Shown: positions 31,316 through 42,607, numbered from the stretch's first letter. The stretch is 64,000 nucleotides of DNA from Mesorhizobium sp. (GCF_017306585.1 NZ_JAFKIC010000120.1:104-64103); one strand, 5' to 3'. Made by a program: numbers and translations. The notes: generated by a model from the letters alone, not told the origin.

Positions 31316-33595
31316 TCAAGTCCCAGCCGAATAGGCCGCGATCGCCGCCATATTCACGATGTCGCTATCCTTCGCATTCAGCGACACGATCTGCACCGGC
31401 TTGTTCAGCCCGACCAGCAGCGGGCCGATGACTGTCGAGCCGCCGAGTTCCTGCAGCATCTTGGTCGAGATCGAGGCCGAGTGGAAGGCCGGCATGATCA
31501 GCACATTGGCCGGGCCGGTCAGCCTTATGAACGGGTATTGCGCCATGGCGCGGGCGTTGAGCGCGACATCGGCGGCCATTTCGCCGTCATACTCGAAATC
31601 GACACGCCGCTTGTCGAGGATGCGCACCGCTTCCTGGACGCGCTCGGAACGCTCGCCCTGCGGGTGGCCGAAGGTGGAATAGGCAAGCATGGCGAGCCTC
31701 GGCTCGTAGCCCATGCGGCGGGCAAAGCCTGCCGCTTCCTCGGCGATGTCGGCGATCTGCTCGGCGTTGGGCATGTCGTGCACGGCGGTGTCGGCGACGA
31801 GCACCGTCTTGCCGCGCGCCAGCACGATCGAAACGCCGATGACGCGGTGGCCGGGCTTGGCGTCGATGACGCGCCTGATGTCGTCGAGCGCGGTCGAATA
31901 GTTGCGGGTCACGCCGGTGACGATGCCGTCGGCGTCGCCCAGCGCCACCATGCAGGCGGCGAAGTGGTTGCGGTCGTTGTTGATCAGGCGCTGGCAGTCG
32001 CGGAACAGGAAGCCTTTGCGCTGCATGCGCTCGTAGAGATAGTCGGTGTAGATGCCGTTGCGGCGCGACAGGCGGGCATTGATGATCTCGATGCCCTGCT
32101 TGTTCAGATCGATGCCGGCGTGCTTGGCATTTTCCTTGATGACGTCGTCGCGGCCGAGCAGGATCGCCGTGCCGAGCTTCTGGTTCACATAGGAGACGGC
32201 GGCGCGCATCACCTGCTCCTCCTCGCCCTCGGCGAAGACGATGCGCTTGGGCTGGCGGCGCACGCGGTCATAGATGCGCTGCAGCGTCGAGGCGATCGGG
32301 TCGCGGCGGGCGGACAGTTCCTGCGCGTAGCGGTCGAGGTCGAGGATCGGCTTGCGCGCGACGCCCGACTCCATCGCCGCCTTGGCCACGGCGAGTGGAA
32401 TGGCCGAGATCAGGCGCGGATCGAACGGCACCGGGATGATGTAGTTGGGACCGAATTTCGGCCGGTTGCCCTGATAGGCGGCGGCGACGTCGTCAGGCAC
32501 GTCCTGGCGCGCCAGTTCGGCGAGCGCGCGGGCAGCTGCGATCTTCATGTCGTCATTGATGGTGGTGGCCCTGACATCCAGCGCGCCGCGGAAGATGTAG
32601 GGAAAACCGAGCACGTTGTTGACCTGGTTCGGATAGTCCGACCGGCCCGTCGCCATGATGGCGTCGGTGCGGATCTCGGCCACTTCCTCAGGCGTGATCT
32701 CCGGATCGGGATTGGCCATAGCGAAGATGATCGGGTTCTTGGCCATGGACTGCACCATGGCCGTCGTCAGCGCGCCCTTGGCCGACAGGCCGAGGAAGAC
32801 ATCGGCGCCATCGAGCGCCTCGGCCAGCGAACGCGTGTCGGTTTTCACCGCATGCGCCGACTTCCACTGGTTCATGCCTTCGGTGCGGCCCTGGAAGACC
32901 ACGCCCTTCGTATCGCACAGGATGATGTTTTCCGGCGCGAAGCCCATCGCCTTCATCAGCTCGATGCAGGCGATGCCGGCCGCGCCGGCGCCGTTGCAGA
33001 CCAGCTTGGTGGTCTTCATGTCGCGGCCGGTGATCTCCAGCGCGTTGATCAGGCCGGCGGCGGAGATGATGGCAGTGCCGTGCTGGTCGTCGTGGAAGAC
33101 GGGGATGTCCATCAATTCGCGCAGGCGCTGCTCGATGATGAAGCATTCCGGCGCCTTGATGTCCTCCAGATTGATGCCGCCGAACGAGGGGCCGAGGAAG
33201 CGCACGCAATTGATGAACTCGTCGGCGTCCTCCGTGTCGACTTCCAGGTCGATGGAATCGACATCGGCGAAGCGCTTGAACAGCACCGACTTGCCTTCCA
33301 TGACCGGCTTCGACGCCAGCGCGCCGAGATTGCCGAGGCCGAGGATGGCGGTGCCGTTGGAAATGACGGCGACCATATTGCCGCGCGTCGTGTAGTCGAA
33401 GGCGCGGCTTGGGTCCTCAGCGATGGCGCGCACGGGAACGGCGACGCCAGGCGAATAGGCGAGGCTCAAATCGCGCTGCGTCGTCATCGGCTTGGTGGCG
33501 ACGATCTCGAGCTTGCCGGGGCGGCCCATGGCGTGGAATTCGAGCGCTTCCTGCGCGCTGACCGACGGACCGCTGTTTTCGGTTTTTCTTGCCAT
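31316..33595 (-). CDS. maeB: NADP-dependent malic enzyme with a C-terminal phosphotransacetylase-like domain
   Basis: The 759-aa protein has an N-terminal malic enzyme domain (LSLAYSPGVA, GTAILGLGNLG) and a C-terminal PTA-like domain typical of the MaeB/Tme class. Confidence 0.95.
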   Translation of the reverse strand: MARKTENSGPSVSAQEALEFHAMGRPGKLEIVATKPMTTQRDLSLAYSPGVAVPVRAIAEDPSRAFDYTTRGNMVAVISNGTAILGLGNLGALASKPVMEGKSVLFKRFADVDSIDLEVDTEDADEFINCVRFLGPSFGGINLEDIKAPECFIIEQRLRELMDIPVFHDDQHGTAIISAAGLINALEITGRDMKTTKLVCNGAGAAGIACIELMKAMGFAPENIILCDTKGVVFQGRTEGMNQWKSAHAVKTDTRSLAEALDGADVFLGLSAKGALTTAMVQSMAKNPIIFAMANPDPEITPEEVAEIRTDAIMATGRSDYPNQVNNVLGFPYIFRGALDVRATTINDDMKIAAARALAELARQDVPDDVAAAYQGNRPKFGPNYIIPVPFDPRLISAIPLAVAKAAMESGVARKPILDLDRYAQELSARRDPIASTLQRIYDRVRRQPKRIVFAEGEEEQVMRAAVSYVNQKLGTAILLGRDDVIKENAKHAGIDLNKQGIEIINARLSRRNGIYTDYLYERMQRKGFLFRDCQRLINNDRNHFAACMVALGDADGIVTGVTRNYSTALDDIRRVIDAKPGHRVIGVSIVLARGKTVLVADTAVHDMPNAEQIADIAEEAAGFARRMGYEPRLAMLAYSTFGHPQGERSERVQEAVRILDKRRVDFEYDGEMAADVALNARAMAQYPFIRLTGPANVLIMPAFHSASISTKMLQELGGSTVIGPLLVGLNKPVQIVSLNAKDSDIVNMAAIAAYSAGT

Positions 33596-33849
33596 GATGC
33601 TTTTGATTTCCTCGCCATTGCGGCACCTCCTTGGGAGCGGGTGCCTTGCAGGCTTCGAATTAAGACTACGCGCGGCGCGCTGTAAACCGCCAAGCTCGGC
33701 AAAGCTGCTTCAACGCGAACGGGGCGTGTCGAAGGTCGCTGCGCGCAGTCACGCTGCCGAATCTTGGGTGCCACTTGCAGGCCGTCGTCCCCTGCTTTTC
33801 GAGGCGCCGGCATTAAACCCGGCCGCCACATCTGCTAGCGTGCCGCGCC

Positions 33850-36582
33850 ATGAACATGCACAGCCCCAGCGAACCCGACGCCCCCGAGGTGATCACGCCG
33901 CCGCAGCCCGGCACGGCGGGTGTGACGCCGATGATGGAGCAGTTCATCGAGATCAAGGCGGCGAACCCGGATTCGCTGCTGTTCTACCGCATGGGCGATT
34001 TCTACGAACTGTTCTTCGACGACGCAGAGAAAGCGAGCCGGGCGCTGGGCATCGTGCTGACCAAGCGCGGCAAGCATCAGGGCCACGACATTCCCATGTG
34101 CGGCGTGCCGGTGCATGCGGCGGATGATTATCTGCAGAAGCTGATCGGCCAGGGGTTCCGCGTTGCCGTCTGCGAGCAGATCGAGGATCCGGCCGAGGCC
34201 AAGAAACGCGGCTCGAAATCGGTGGTGCGCCGTGACGTGGTGCGGCTGGTCACGCCCGGCACCATCACCGAGGACAAATTGCTGGCGCCCTCGGAATCGA
34301 GCTTTCTGATGGCGCTGGGGCGGGTGAAGGGCGGCAGCGAGCACGCCTTTGCTCTGGCCTGGATCGACATCTCCACCGGCGCTTTCCGCGTCGCCGAGAC
34401 TACCGCCGACCGGCTGCTCGCCGACATCTTCCGCGTCGATCCGCGCGAGCTGATCCTGGCCGAACCTGTGTTTTACGATCCCGAGTTGAAGCCTGTGTTC
34501 GACGTGCTTGGCCGCGTCGCCAACCCGCAGCCGCCGAGCCTGTTCGATTCGGCCTCGGCCACGGGACGCATCGCGCGCTTCTTCGATGTCGCGACCCCCG
34601 ACAGTTTCGGCACTTTTTCGCGCGCCGAACTGTCGGCGATCTCAGGCGCCATCGCCTATGTCGAGAAGACGCAGAAGGCCGAGCGGCCGCCTTTGTCACG
34701 CCCCGAGCGCGAGGAGCAGGGCTCGACGCTGTTCATCGATCCGGCGACGCGCGGTAATCTGGAACTGCTGCGCACGCTGTCCGGCAGCCGCGAAGGCTCT
34801 CTGTTCAAGGCGATCGACCGCACGGTGACCGGCGGCGGCGCAAGGCTGCTCGCCGACCGCCTGATGGCGCCGCTGACCGACCCGGCCGCGATCTGCGCAC
34901 GCCTGGACTCGGTGTCGTTCTTCCGCTCGGAAACCCGGCTCTGCCAGGCGGTGCGCACAAGCCTGAAGAGCGTCGCCGACATGCCGCGCGCGCTGTCCAG
35001 GCTGGCGCTCAATCGCGGCGGCCCGCGCGATCTCGGCGCGCTGCGCGCCGGCTTCGAGGCGGCGGGCGCGATCGCCGATATCTTTGCCGTGGCCACCCTG
35101 CCCCAGGAGCTTACGGCTGCGTTGGCCGCCATCAAGGCTTTGCCCGAGGCACTTGCCGGACACCTGGCGCAGGCGCTGGGCGAGGAACTGCCGCTGCTGA
35201 AACGCGACGGCGGCTTCGTGCGTGGCGGTTACCATCCGGAACTCGACGAGATGCGGGCGCTGCGCGACGAATCGCGCAAGGTGATCGCCGGGCTGGAGCG
35301 CTCGCTGATCGAGGAGACCGGCATCCGCTCGCTGAAGATCCGGCACAACAACGTGCTCGGCTACTATATCGAGGTGACCGCCAACCATCACGCTGTCATG
35401 ACCGGCAGCGACGGCGCCAAGGCGCGCTTCATCCACCGCCAGACCATGGCTAACGCCATGCGGTTCACCACGACGGAGCTTGCCGGACTGGAGACCAAGA
35501 TCGCCAATGCGGCAGACCGGGCGCTCAGCATCGAACTGGCGGCCTTCGACACGCTGACGGCGGAAGCGGTCGGCGAGGCCGGGGCGATCCGCGCCGGCGC
35601 CGACGCGCTGGCCGTAATCGACGTGTCGGCGGCACTTGCGCTGCTTTCGGAGAGCGAGGCCTGGTGCCGGCCTGTCGTGGATGCCAGCCTGGCCTTCGAG
35701 ATATCGGGCGGCAGGCATCCTGTCGTGGAGCAGGCGCTGCGCCGTTCGGGCGAAGGGCCGTTCGTCGCCAATGATTGCGACCTGTCGCCGGAAGGCGGCG
35801 CCAGGAACGGCGCGATCTGGCTGCTGACCGGCCCCAACATGGGCGGTAAGTCGACATTCCTGCGCCAGAACGCGCTGATCGCCATTCTGGCCCAGACCGG
35901 TTCCTTCGTGCCGGCGGCATCAGCCCATATCGGTGTGGTCGATCGCCTGTTCTCGCGCGTCGGCGCCTCCGACGACCTGGCGCGCGGCCGCTCGACCTTC
36001 ATGGTCGAGATGGTCGAGACGGCGGCGATCCTCAACCAGGCTGGCGAGCGGGCACTCGTCATCCTCGACGAGATCGGCCGCGGCACCGCCACCTTCGACG
36101 GCCTGTCGATCGCCTGGGCGGCGGTGGAATATCTGCACGAGAAGAACCGCTGCCGGGCGATCTTCGCCACGCATTTCCACGAGATGACCTCGCTCGCCGG
36201 CAAGCTGGCGCGGCTTCACAACGTCACCATGCGGGTCAAGGAATGGGAAGGCGACGTCGTCTTCCTGCACGAGGTCGGCAAGGGCGCGGCCGACCGTTCC
36301 TACGGCGTCCAGGTGGCGCGGCTCGCCGGCCTGCCGGAAGCGGTGGTCGACCGGGCCAAGGCGGTGCTGCACCAGCTGGAGGAAGGCGAGGTTTCCGGCA
36401 AGACCAACCGGCTGGTCGACGACCTGCCACTGTTTTCGGTCGCCGTGAAGCGCGAAGCGCCAAAGCCGGTGAAGAGCGACGCGCTGGGCGCGGCGCTCGG
36501 CGAGATCAATCCCGACGAAATGACGCCAAGGGAAGCGCTGGAGGCGCTTTACCGACTGAAGGGAATGGCCGGCAAAAGCTAG
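33850..36582 (+). CDS. mutS: DNA mismatch repair protein MutS
   Basis: The 910-aa protein has [34 protein letters not shown], Walker [10 protein letters not shown] and DEIGRGT. Confidence 0.97.
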   Translation: MNMHSPSEPDAPEVITPPQPGTAGVTPMMEQFIEIKAANPDSLLFYRMGDFYELFFDDAEKASRALGIVLTKRGKHQGHDIPMCGVPVHAADDYLQKLIGQGFRVAVCEQIEDPAEAKKRGSKSVVRRDVVRLVTPGTITEDKLLAPSESSFLMALGRVKGGSEHAFALAWIDISTGAFRVAETTADRLLADIFRVDPRELILAEPVFYDPELKPVFDVLGRVANPQPPSLFDSASATGRIARFFDVATPDSFGTFSRAELSAISGAIAYVEKTQKAERPPLSRPEREEQGSTLFIDPATRGNLELLRTLSGSREGSLFKAIDRTVTGGGARLLADRLMAPLTDPAAICARLDSVSFFRSETRLCQAVRTSLKSVADMPRALSRLALNRGGPRDLGALRAGFEAAGAIADIFAVATLPQELTAALAAIKALPEALAGHLAQALGEELPLLKRDGGFVRGGYHPELDEMRALRDESRKVIAGLERSLIEETGIRSLKIRHNNVLGYYIEVTANHHAVMTGSDGAKARFIHRQTMANAMRFTTTELAGLETKIANAADRALSIELAAFDTLTAEAVGEAGAIRAGADALAVIDVSAALALLSESEAWCRPVVDASLAFEISGGRHPVVEQALRRSGEGPFVANDCDLSPEGGARNGAIWLLTGPNMGGKSTFLRQNALIAILAQTGSFVPAASAHIGVVDRLFSRVGASDDLARGRSTFMVEMVETAAILNQAGERALVILDEIGRGTATFDGLSIAWAAVEYLHEKNRCRAIFATHFHEMTSLAGKLARLHNVTMRVKEWEGDVVFLHEVGKGAADRSYGVQVARLAGLPEAVVDRAKAVLHQLEEGEVSGKTNRLVDDLPLFSVAVKREAPKPVKSDALGAALGEINPDEMTPREALEALYRLKGMAGKS

Positions 36583-36693
36583 GCCGTGCCCGGCTGCCGA
36601 ACAGCCCGTGGTTGCCGTTACTCCCGGCTTTGCCTGGATGCGCATCTGGTCTAAGCTCCTGCCCTGCGGTGCAACGTCCTGCGGGGGATTGCC

Positions 36694-37089
36694 ATGGCAA
36701 CCATTTCAAGTCCGGGGCATCCCGATTGCAGCATCGACTGCCCGGGATCGGGATACGCGGTTTTCGTCGACCCCTACGGTCCCTGCATGGCGGGCTGCGA
36801 CCAGGACGAATTCTCCACGGCCATGATCAACCTGTTTCGCAATCAGGACAGGATTTCGAGCCTGTCCGGCCGGGTCGTCGGCGTGAAGGGCGCGGTGCTC
36901 GCGCGCATGGCGCTGGCTATTCGCGGCTTCGCGCCGGATGAAACCGCCGACGACCGGAACTGGCTAGAACGGCTGGTGATCGAACGGGGCGATGAGCGTT
37001 TCAGCGCCGAATGGCGGCAACAAAGCCTGTCCGAGGTCATCGAGACGCTGGCCGCGGCGACGGGCCGGCAGATCCCAAGAGCAGCTTAG
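36694..37089 (+). CDS. Hypothetical small protein with twin CxxxC motifs
   Basis: The 131-aa protein has GGGGA upstream and plausible GC3-rich codon usage. Its N-terminus is HPDCSIDCPGSGYAVFVDPYGPCMAGC (two C-x3-C motifs). I recognise no family. Confidence 0.45.
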   Translation: MATISSPGHPDCSIDCPGSGYAVFVDPYGPCMAGCDQDEFSTAMINLFRNQDRISSLSGRVVGVKGAVLARMALAIRGFAPDETADDRNWLERLVIERGDERFSAEWRQQSLSEVIETLAAATGRQIPRAA

Positions 37090-37102
37090 CGAGCCTGTCG
37101 TC

Positions 37103-37702
37103 ATGGACTGGCAGACGATCAATGGCTGGATTTCCTGGACCTCGCTCGGGCGAGTACGCAATTCATTCCTGTCGAAAGCGTTGACGGCCCTTTCGCTTGC
37201 CGCCTTCGTGCTCGCCAACGCCGCGCCAAAGCTCGAGGAAGCCGGCATGGACATGGATTCGGCCCGCTTCGTCTTCTGGGGCGGCTTCGTCTTCCTGGCC
37301 GGTTACCTGTCTTTCGCTCTTCTGGCGCCGATCGAGTTCCGGAGAGCCGGCGAAATCGACGAGATCGTCGGCCGCATGGGCGGCCTTGCCGACTGGAATT
37401 TCTTCCAGTCCCGGCTGTTGCTTGCGACCAACCTGCTTCAGTCGATGCAAGGCGCCGTATATCTCAATCCGCCCGAGGGAGCGATGATGTTCCTGCGCCA
37501 GCAGATCGATATGGCCAAGAAGCTGAAATCGGGCGATTCCTGGGACGACAGCGCCAAAAGCCTCTATCACGCCGACCTCAATCTGCGGCAGTACCGGCGC
37601 CCGATCTATCGCATGGCGGTTGCCCTGCTGCTGGCGATCGGTGCGCTCACCGTGATCTATCCGACCTTGAAGAACATCGCCCTGGCCCTGGTCCATTTCT
37701 GA
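37103..37702 (+). CDS. Hypothetical membrane protein (2 N-terminal TM segments, soluble helical region, C-terminal TM)
   Basis: The ATG at 37103 lies 13 nt after the upstream stop. Hydrophobic segments are ALTALSLAAFVLANAA, FVFWGGFVFLAGYLSFALLAPI and MAVALLLAIGALTVIY. I recognise no family. Confidence 0.5.
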   Translation: MDWQTINGWISWTSLGRVRNSFLSKALTALSLAAFVLANAAPKLEEAGMDMDSARFVFWGGFVFLAGYLSFALLAPIEFRRAGEIDEIVGRMGGLADWNFFQSRLLLATNLLQSMQGAVYLNPPEGAMMFLRQQIDMAKKLKSGDSWDDSAKSLYHADLNLRQYRRPIYRMAVALLLAIGALTVIYPTLKNIALALVHF

Positions 37703-37718
37703 CGAGCCCGAGGCCCGT

Positions 37719-38564
37719 TCAGATCATCTCCAGCCCACGCTTGCGGGTGGGCGGCGGGAAGGCACGGTCGAGATCGGCGATGTCTTCGCCGGTAAGTCCG
37801 ATGTCGAGCGCGGCAAAATTCTCGCGCACATGCTCCTGGCTGCTGGCCTTGGGGATGGCGATGACGCCCTCCTGCCGCATCACCCAGGCCAGGGCGATCT
37901 GTGCCGCGGTCGCATCGTGTCGGGCAGCTATGGCTTCAAGCCTGCCATTATTCGCCAGCGCGCCCTGTTCCACCGGCGAATAGGCCATCAGCGGAATGCC
38001 ACGCTTCCGGCTCCAGGGCGCCAGATCGAATTCGAGCCCGCGCCGCACGAGATTGTAGAGCACCTGGTTGGTCTGGACATTGGCGCCCTCAGGCAGACCA
38101 ACCAGTTCCTCCATGTCGTCGGTGTCGAAATTGCTGACGCCCCAGTGGCGGATCTTGCCGGCCTTCTTCAAGGCCTCGAAGGCATCGACCGTCTCACCCA
38201 GGGGCACGCTGCCCGGCCAATGCAGGAGATAGAGATCGATGCAGTCGGTCGCGAGGCGCTTGAGACTGCTTTCGCAGGCGCGTTGCACGCCCGCGCGCGA
38301 AGCGTTCGACGGCAGCACTTTCGAGACCAGGAAGACTTCGGCGCGACGGCCGGCAATAGCCTCGGCCACGACCTCCTCGGCACCGCCGCTGGCATACATT
38401 TCGGCGGTATCGATCAGCGTCATGCCGAGATCGAGACCAAGCCTGAGCGCGTTGACCTCCTGGACGCGGCGGCGCGAATCCTCGCCCATCTTCCACGTGC
38501 CCTGGCCGAGAACCGGTATGGTTTCGCCGCAGGGCAGCGTGGTGGTTCTCATGATCGATGGCAT
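37719..38564 (-). CDS. Aldo/keto reductase
   Basis: The 281-aa protein has AKR blocks [16 protein letters not shown] and LLHWP, and an overall AKR pattern. Confidence 0.85.
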   Translation of the reverse strand: MPSIMRTTTLPCGETIPVLGQGTWKMGEDSRRRVQEVNALRLGLDLGMTLIDTAEMYASGGAEEVVAEAIAGRRAEVFLVSKVLPSNASRAGVQRACESSLKRLATDCIDLYLLHWPGSVPLGETVDAFEALKKAGKIRHWGVSNFDTDDMEELVGLPEGANVQTNQVLYNLVRRGLEFDLAPWSRKRGIPLMAYSPVEQGALANNGRLEAIAARHDATAAQIALAWVMRQEGVIAIPKASSQEHVRENFAALDIGLTGEDIADLDRAFPPPTRKRGLEMI

Positions 38565-38651
38565 GGCTGGCTCCCGTTGGAGCAGGATCGCATCACAGGC
38601 CGGGCGGGAAATCCAGAGGCGTTCTCGCCGCGGCCGCTTTGCGATGCGAGG

Positions 38652-39041
38652 CTATTTCGCCGGATGGGCGGCGAGCCAATCCTGCATCTGCTTGATCTCG
38701 GCTTCCTGCGCGGCGATGACGCCTTCGGCGAGCTTGCGGATTTCGGGATCCTTGCCGTTGGCGAGCTCGACCTTGGCCATGTCGATGGCGCCCTGGTGGT
38801 GCGGAATCATACCGCGCACGAAATCGACATCGGCATTGCCGGTATAGTCGATCATCATGTCGCCATGCATCTTGTCCATCGCTGCCTTGTAGCCTTCGGT
38901 CGAAGGGCTGGTGGCATCCGTCGCCATGCCGGCCATGTCGTGTTTCATCTCCTCGCTCTGCGCCGGAACGCTTTCGAGGAAGACGGCGAGCAGCATTCCG
39001 GCCGCCATCAGCAAAAGCACGAGTTTCTTAGCCAAGGTCAT
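38652..39041 (-). CDS. DUF305-family periplasmic protein (copper-resistance associated)
   Basis: It has a signal peptide and Met/His-rich sequence, with [16 protein letters not shown] characteristic of DUF305. It lies 43 nt downstream of copA on the same strand. Confidence 0.8.
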   Translation of the reverse strand: MTLAKKLVLLLMAAGMLLAVFLESVPAQSEEMKHDMAGMATDATSPSTEGYKAAMDKMHGDMMIDYTGNADVDFVRGMIPHHQGAIDMAKVELANGKDPEIRKLAEGVIAAQEAEIKQMQDWLAAHPAK

Positions 39042-39084
39042 TCATGATCTCCTGTTGTCTGGGTTTCGTATTTGGGGGTTTGGA

Positions 39085-41592
39085 TCAGAGTTTCAACGTC
39101 CGCAGCCGCAATGCGTTTGCTATGACCGAGACCGAGGACAGGCTCATGGCCGCTGCTGCCAGCATCGGCGACAGAAGCGTGCCGGTGAGCGGATAGAGGA
39201 CGCCGGCCGCGACCGGCACGCCAAGCACGTTGTAGAGGAAGGCGAAGAACAGGTTCTGCCTGATATTGCGGATGGTCGCCCGGGCCAGCGTGCGTGCCCG
39301 CACGATGCCGTTGAGATCGCCCTTGACCAGCGTGATGCCCGCGCTTTCGACCGCCACATCGGCCCCGGTGCCCATGGCGATGCCGACATCGGCGGCGGCC
39401 AGGGCCGGCGCGTCGTTGACGCCGTCGCCGGCCATGGCGACGCCCTTGCCCTTGCCGCGCAATTCTTCGACCAGAGCCGCCTTCTGTTCCGGCAGCAGGC
39501 CGGCGCGAACCTCGTCAATGCCGAGCTTCCCGGCAATCGCCCGGGCCGTGCGCTCATTGTCGCCGGTCGCCATGATGATCCTCAAGCCGCCGCCATGCAG
39601 CGCCTTGATCGCCTCGGCGGTGGTCGCCTTGACCGGATCGGCGACCGCGAGGATGCCGGCCAGCCTGCCGCCGACAGCGACGAACATTGCCGTCTTGCCA
39701 TCACCCTGCAGCGCCTGCGCGTTCGCGAGAATCGGGGAAATGTCGACGCCGAGATCGTGCATCATCGCAGCATTGCCGAGCGCGACCTTGTTGCCCGAGA
39801 CCGTGCCGGAGACGCCCTTGCCGGTGACCGCCTCGAAGCCGACAGCTTCGGCGACGGCCATGCCGCGCTGAACAGCGCCTTCGACGATTGCCTCGGCCAG
39901 CGGGTGCTCCGAGCCCTTCTCCAGGCCCGCCGCTAGCGCCAGCAATTCGCCTTCGGAAAAGCCGCTGGCGGCGATAACATCGGTCAGTTTCGGCCGGCCC
40001 TCGGTCAATGTGCCGGTCTTGTCGATGATCAGCGTGTCGACGGAAGCGAAGCGTTCGAGCGCGGCCGCCTCCTTGATCAGCACGCCGGCATGCGCGCCGC
40101 GCCCGGTGGCGGTCATGATCGACATCGGCGTGGCGAGGCCGAGCGCACAGGGGCAGGCAATGATCAGCACCGATACCGCCGAGACGATGGCGAAGATCAG
40201 GCTGGGCTCGGGACCGAAGGCCGCCCAAGCGAAGAAAGCCGCGATGGCGACAAGCACGACGGCGGGGACAAAGTAGAAGGAAACACGGTCGGCCAGACCT
40301 TGGATCGGGGCACGCGAGCGCTGTGCCTTGGCGACGAGCTCGACGATGCGCGACAGTGTGGTCTCGGCGCCAACGCGCTCGGCGCGCATGATCAGCGAGC
40401 CGTTCTTGTTGAGCGTGCCGCCGGTGAGCGCATCGCCCTCGGCTTTCTCGACCGGAAGCGGCTCGCCCGTGATCATCGATTCGTCGATTGAGGAACGCCC
40501 CTCCAGCACGATGCCGTCGACAGGCACGGCTTCGCCCGGCCGGATGCGCAGGCGTTCGCCGGCCTTGACGCTGTCGAGCGGCACGTCGCTTTCACTGCCG
40601 TCCTGCGCGATGCGGCGCGCGGTCTTCGGCGCGAGATCAAGCAAGGCGCGGATCGCCGATCCGGTCTTTTCGCGGGCGCGCAACTCCAGCACCTGGCCAA
40701 GGAAAACCAGGGCGACAATGACGGCTGCGGCCTCGAAATAGACCGGCACCCCGCCGCCATGGACGCGGAACTGGTGCGGGAAGATGTCGGGAAACAGCGT
40801 CGCGACAATGCTGTAGAGATAGGCCGCGCCGACACCCAGCGAGATCAGCGTCCACATGTTGGGACTGCGATTCAGGATCGAGCTCCAGCCGCGATGGAAG
40901 AACGGCAGGGCGGCCCACAACACCACCGGGCTCGCCAGAACGAGTTCCAGCCAGGTTTTGGCCCGGTTGCTGATCAGCGTTTCAAAGCTCAGGCCGACCA
41001 TCGGCGCCATGGCAATGACCAGCAGCGGCACAGACAGGACGGCACTCACCCAGAACCGCCTGGTGAAATCGACCAGTTCGGGATTTGGCCCCTCGTCGCC
41101 AGACGGCACGCCCATCGGCTCCAGCGCCATGCCGCAGATCGGGCACGAGCCGGGCTTGTCCCTGATCACCTCGGGATGCATCGGGCAGGTGTATTGCGTG
41201 CCCTTGGGCATCGGCGCCGGCTCCGGCCTGTCGCCAAGATAGTTCTGCGGTGCGGCCTCGAACTTCGCCTTGCAGCCGGCGGAGCAGAAATAGAAGCCCT
41301 GGCCTTCATGGCGGACAAAGTGCTTGGCCGTGGCGCGGTCGACGCTCATGCCGCAAACAGGATCGGTGGCCGTCAGATAGTTCTCCGGCTCGGCCTGGAA
41401 CTTCGAGCGGCAGCGCTCGCTACAGAAGTGATAGAGCGCGCCGCCATGCTCCGATGTCGGCTTGCCCGCGGCCGGATCAACGGTCATGCCGCAGACAGGG
41501 TCGCGCGAGACCGCCTCCGCCGTCGCGCCTTTCGGCGCACAACAGCTGCCATGCGCGCCATGGGAGTGGTGGTCGTGGTCTGAATGCGCCAT
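39085..41592 (-). CDS. copA: Copper-translocating P1B-type ATPase
   Basis: A CPC motif in TM6 ([13 protein letters not shown]), DKTGTLT and GDGVNDAP are present. The N-terminus has a His-rich stretch, two YHS/TRASH-like repeats (DPVCGM..) and a [14 protein letters not shown] module. Confidence 0.93.
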   Translation of the reverse strand: MAHSDHDHHSHGAHGSCCAPKGATAEAVSRDPVCGMTVDPAAGKPTSEHGGALYHFCSERCRSKFQAEPENYLTATDPVCGMSVDRATAKHFVRHEGQGFYFCSAGCKAKFEAAPQNYLGDRPEPAPMPKGTQYTCPMHPEVIRDKPGSCPICGMALEPMGVPSGDEGPNPELVDFTRRFWVSAVLSVPLLVIAMAPMVGLSFETLISNRAKTWLELVLASPVVLWAALPFFHRGWSSILNRSPNMWTLISLGVGAAYLYSIVATLFPDIFPHQFRVHGGGVPVYFEAAAVIVALVFLGQVLELRAREKTGSAIRALLDLAPKTARRIAQDGSESDVPLDSVKAGERLRIRPGEAVPVDGIVLEGRSSIDESMITGEPLPVEKAEGDALTGGTLNKNGSLIMRAERVGAETTLSRIVELVAKAQRSRAPIQGLADRVSFYFVPAVVLVAIAAFFAWAAFGPEPSLIFAIVSAVSVLIIACPCALGLATPMSIMTATGRGAHAGVLIKEAAALERFASVDTLIIDKTGTLTEGRPKLTDVIAASGFSEGELLALAAGLEKGSEHPLAEAIVEGAVQRGMAVAEAVGFEAVTGKGVSGTVSGNKVALGNAAMMHDLGVDISPILANAQALQGDGKTAMFVAVGGRLAGILAVADPVKATTAEAIKALHGGGLRIIMATGDNERTARAIAGKLGIDEVRAGLLPEQKAALVEELRGKGKGVAMAGDGVNDAPALAAADVGIAMGTGADVAVESAGITLVKGDLNGIVRARTLARATIRNIRQNLFFAFLYNVLGVPVAAGVLYPLTGTLLSPMLAAAAMSLSSVSVIANALRLRTLKL

Positions 41593-41630
41593 TTCAAAAT
41601 GCCTTAATGTGACTGCTTCGGCTCCGAGGT

Positions 41631-41657
41631 AGTGCTTCCAGTAACTGGAAGGTCAAG
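41631..41657 (-). promoter_or_regulatory. MerR/CueR-type promoter-operator of copA
   Basis: The minus strand reads TTGACC-ttccagttactggaagcac-TACCTC. This gives a -35 element, a 19-nt spacer containing the perfect 17-bp palindrome cttccagtaactggaag (41635-41651), and a -10-like hexamer about 40 nt upstream of the copA ATG. Confidence 0.6.
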
Positions 41658-41794
41658 GGCTGTTTTGCTTTTCCTGTTTCAAGCACTGCGAAAATCGCCC
41701 CAGTCCCCCTGCACAAGCGTGCGGGCGGTGTTAAAAGCCGGGCTGCCGATGTCATTCGCCGCCTTACATTCACCCCGTTAGATTCCGGTCGACA

Positions 41795-42607
41795 ATGAAG
41801 TGCCTGGTCATAAATCTCGATCGGTCCCCTGATCGGCTTGTCCATATGACGGCCGAGTTCAACCGCATCGGCACCGCCTTCGAGCGCGTCGTGGCTGTCG
41901 ATGGGTACAGCCATCCCGAACTCGAACAGCAGCCTCAGCACCCGATGTACGGAGCGCGTCAGTTGTCGAGCAGCGAAATCGCCTGTTTGCACAGTCATCG
42001 CGCCTGCTGGTCGATCATCAGCCGGGGCGACGCCCCCCACGGCGCTGTCTTCGAGGACGACGTGGTCTTCTCGGCGAATGCCGGCCACTTGCTTTCCGGC
42101 AGCGGCTGGATTCCTGCCGACGCCGACATCGTCAAACTGGAAACGTACTTCAGGAAGACCACGATTCATCGGACAGGGATTCCAGCCGGTCATGGTTTCT
42201 CCACGTTCAGGCTCTTCAAGTTCCATCCGGGAACCGGAGGCTACATCATCTCCAGACAAGCCGCTCGCGATCTTCTCGACGCTACAGAGAAGATGAATTT
42301 CACAGCCGATGATCTGGTCTTCAATCCGGCGTTCTCGAACCTCTCCAGCAGAACGATATACCAGCTTGCCCCCGCCCTGTGCGCACAGGGTCAGTTCGTC
42401 GACTCCATGGCAGCGGGATTGCCAAGTCTGCTCGACCAGGAGCGTGAGACCAAATGGGCTTCCAGCGGACTGGCGACGAAACGCCGCCGGCCGGTGGGTG
42501 AAAGGCTCAGGACCGAGACCGGGCGAATCCTGGAATGGGTCGCCGATTTCTGCAAATTTCGCCGACGGGCGATCATCCCTCTCGATCCGCCGGCGCCGAG
42601 GGACTGA
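41795..42607 (+). CDS. Glycosyltransferase family 25 (LPS/LOS biosynthesis type), paralogue 1
   Basis: MKCLVINLDRSPDRL, IACLHSHRACW, the DXD-type motif AVFEDDVVF and PADADIVKLET form the pattern of GT25 (LgtB/Lic2A/LpsA-like) enzymes. Confidence 0.85.
   Translation: MKCLVINLDRSPDRLVHMTAEFNRIGTAFERVVAVDGYSHPELEQQPQHPMYGARQLSSSEIACLHSHRACWSIISRGDAPHGAVFEDDVVFSANAGHLLSGSGWIPADADIVKLETYFRKTTIHRTGIPAGHGFSTFRLFKFHPGTGGYIISRQAARDLLDATEKMNFTADDLVFNPAFSNLSSRTIYQLAPALCAQGQFVDSMAAGLPSLLDQERETKWASSGLATKRRRPVGERLRTETGRILEWVADFCKFRRRAIIPLDPPAPRD

Noticed and set aside
33596-33849. The 254-bp maeB/mutS divergent intergenic region was considered as a possible riboswitch or sRNA locus.
   Set aside because: I could not see any conserved riboswitch core motif or strong terminator-like structure. 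It most likely contains just two divergent promoters.
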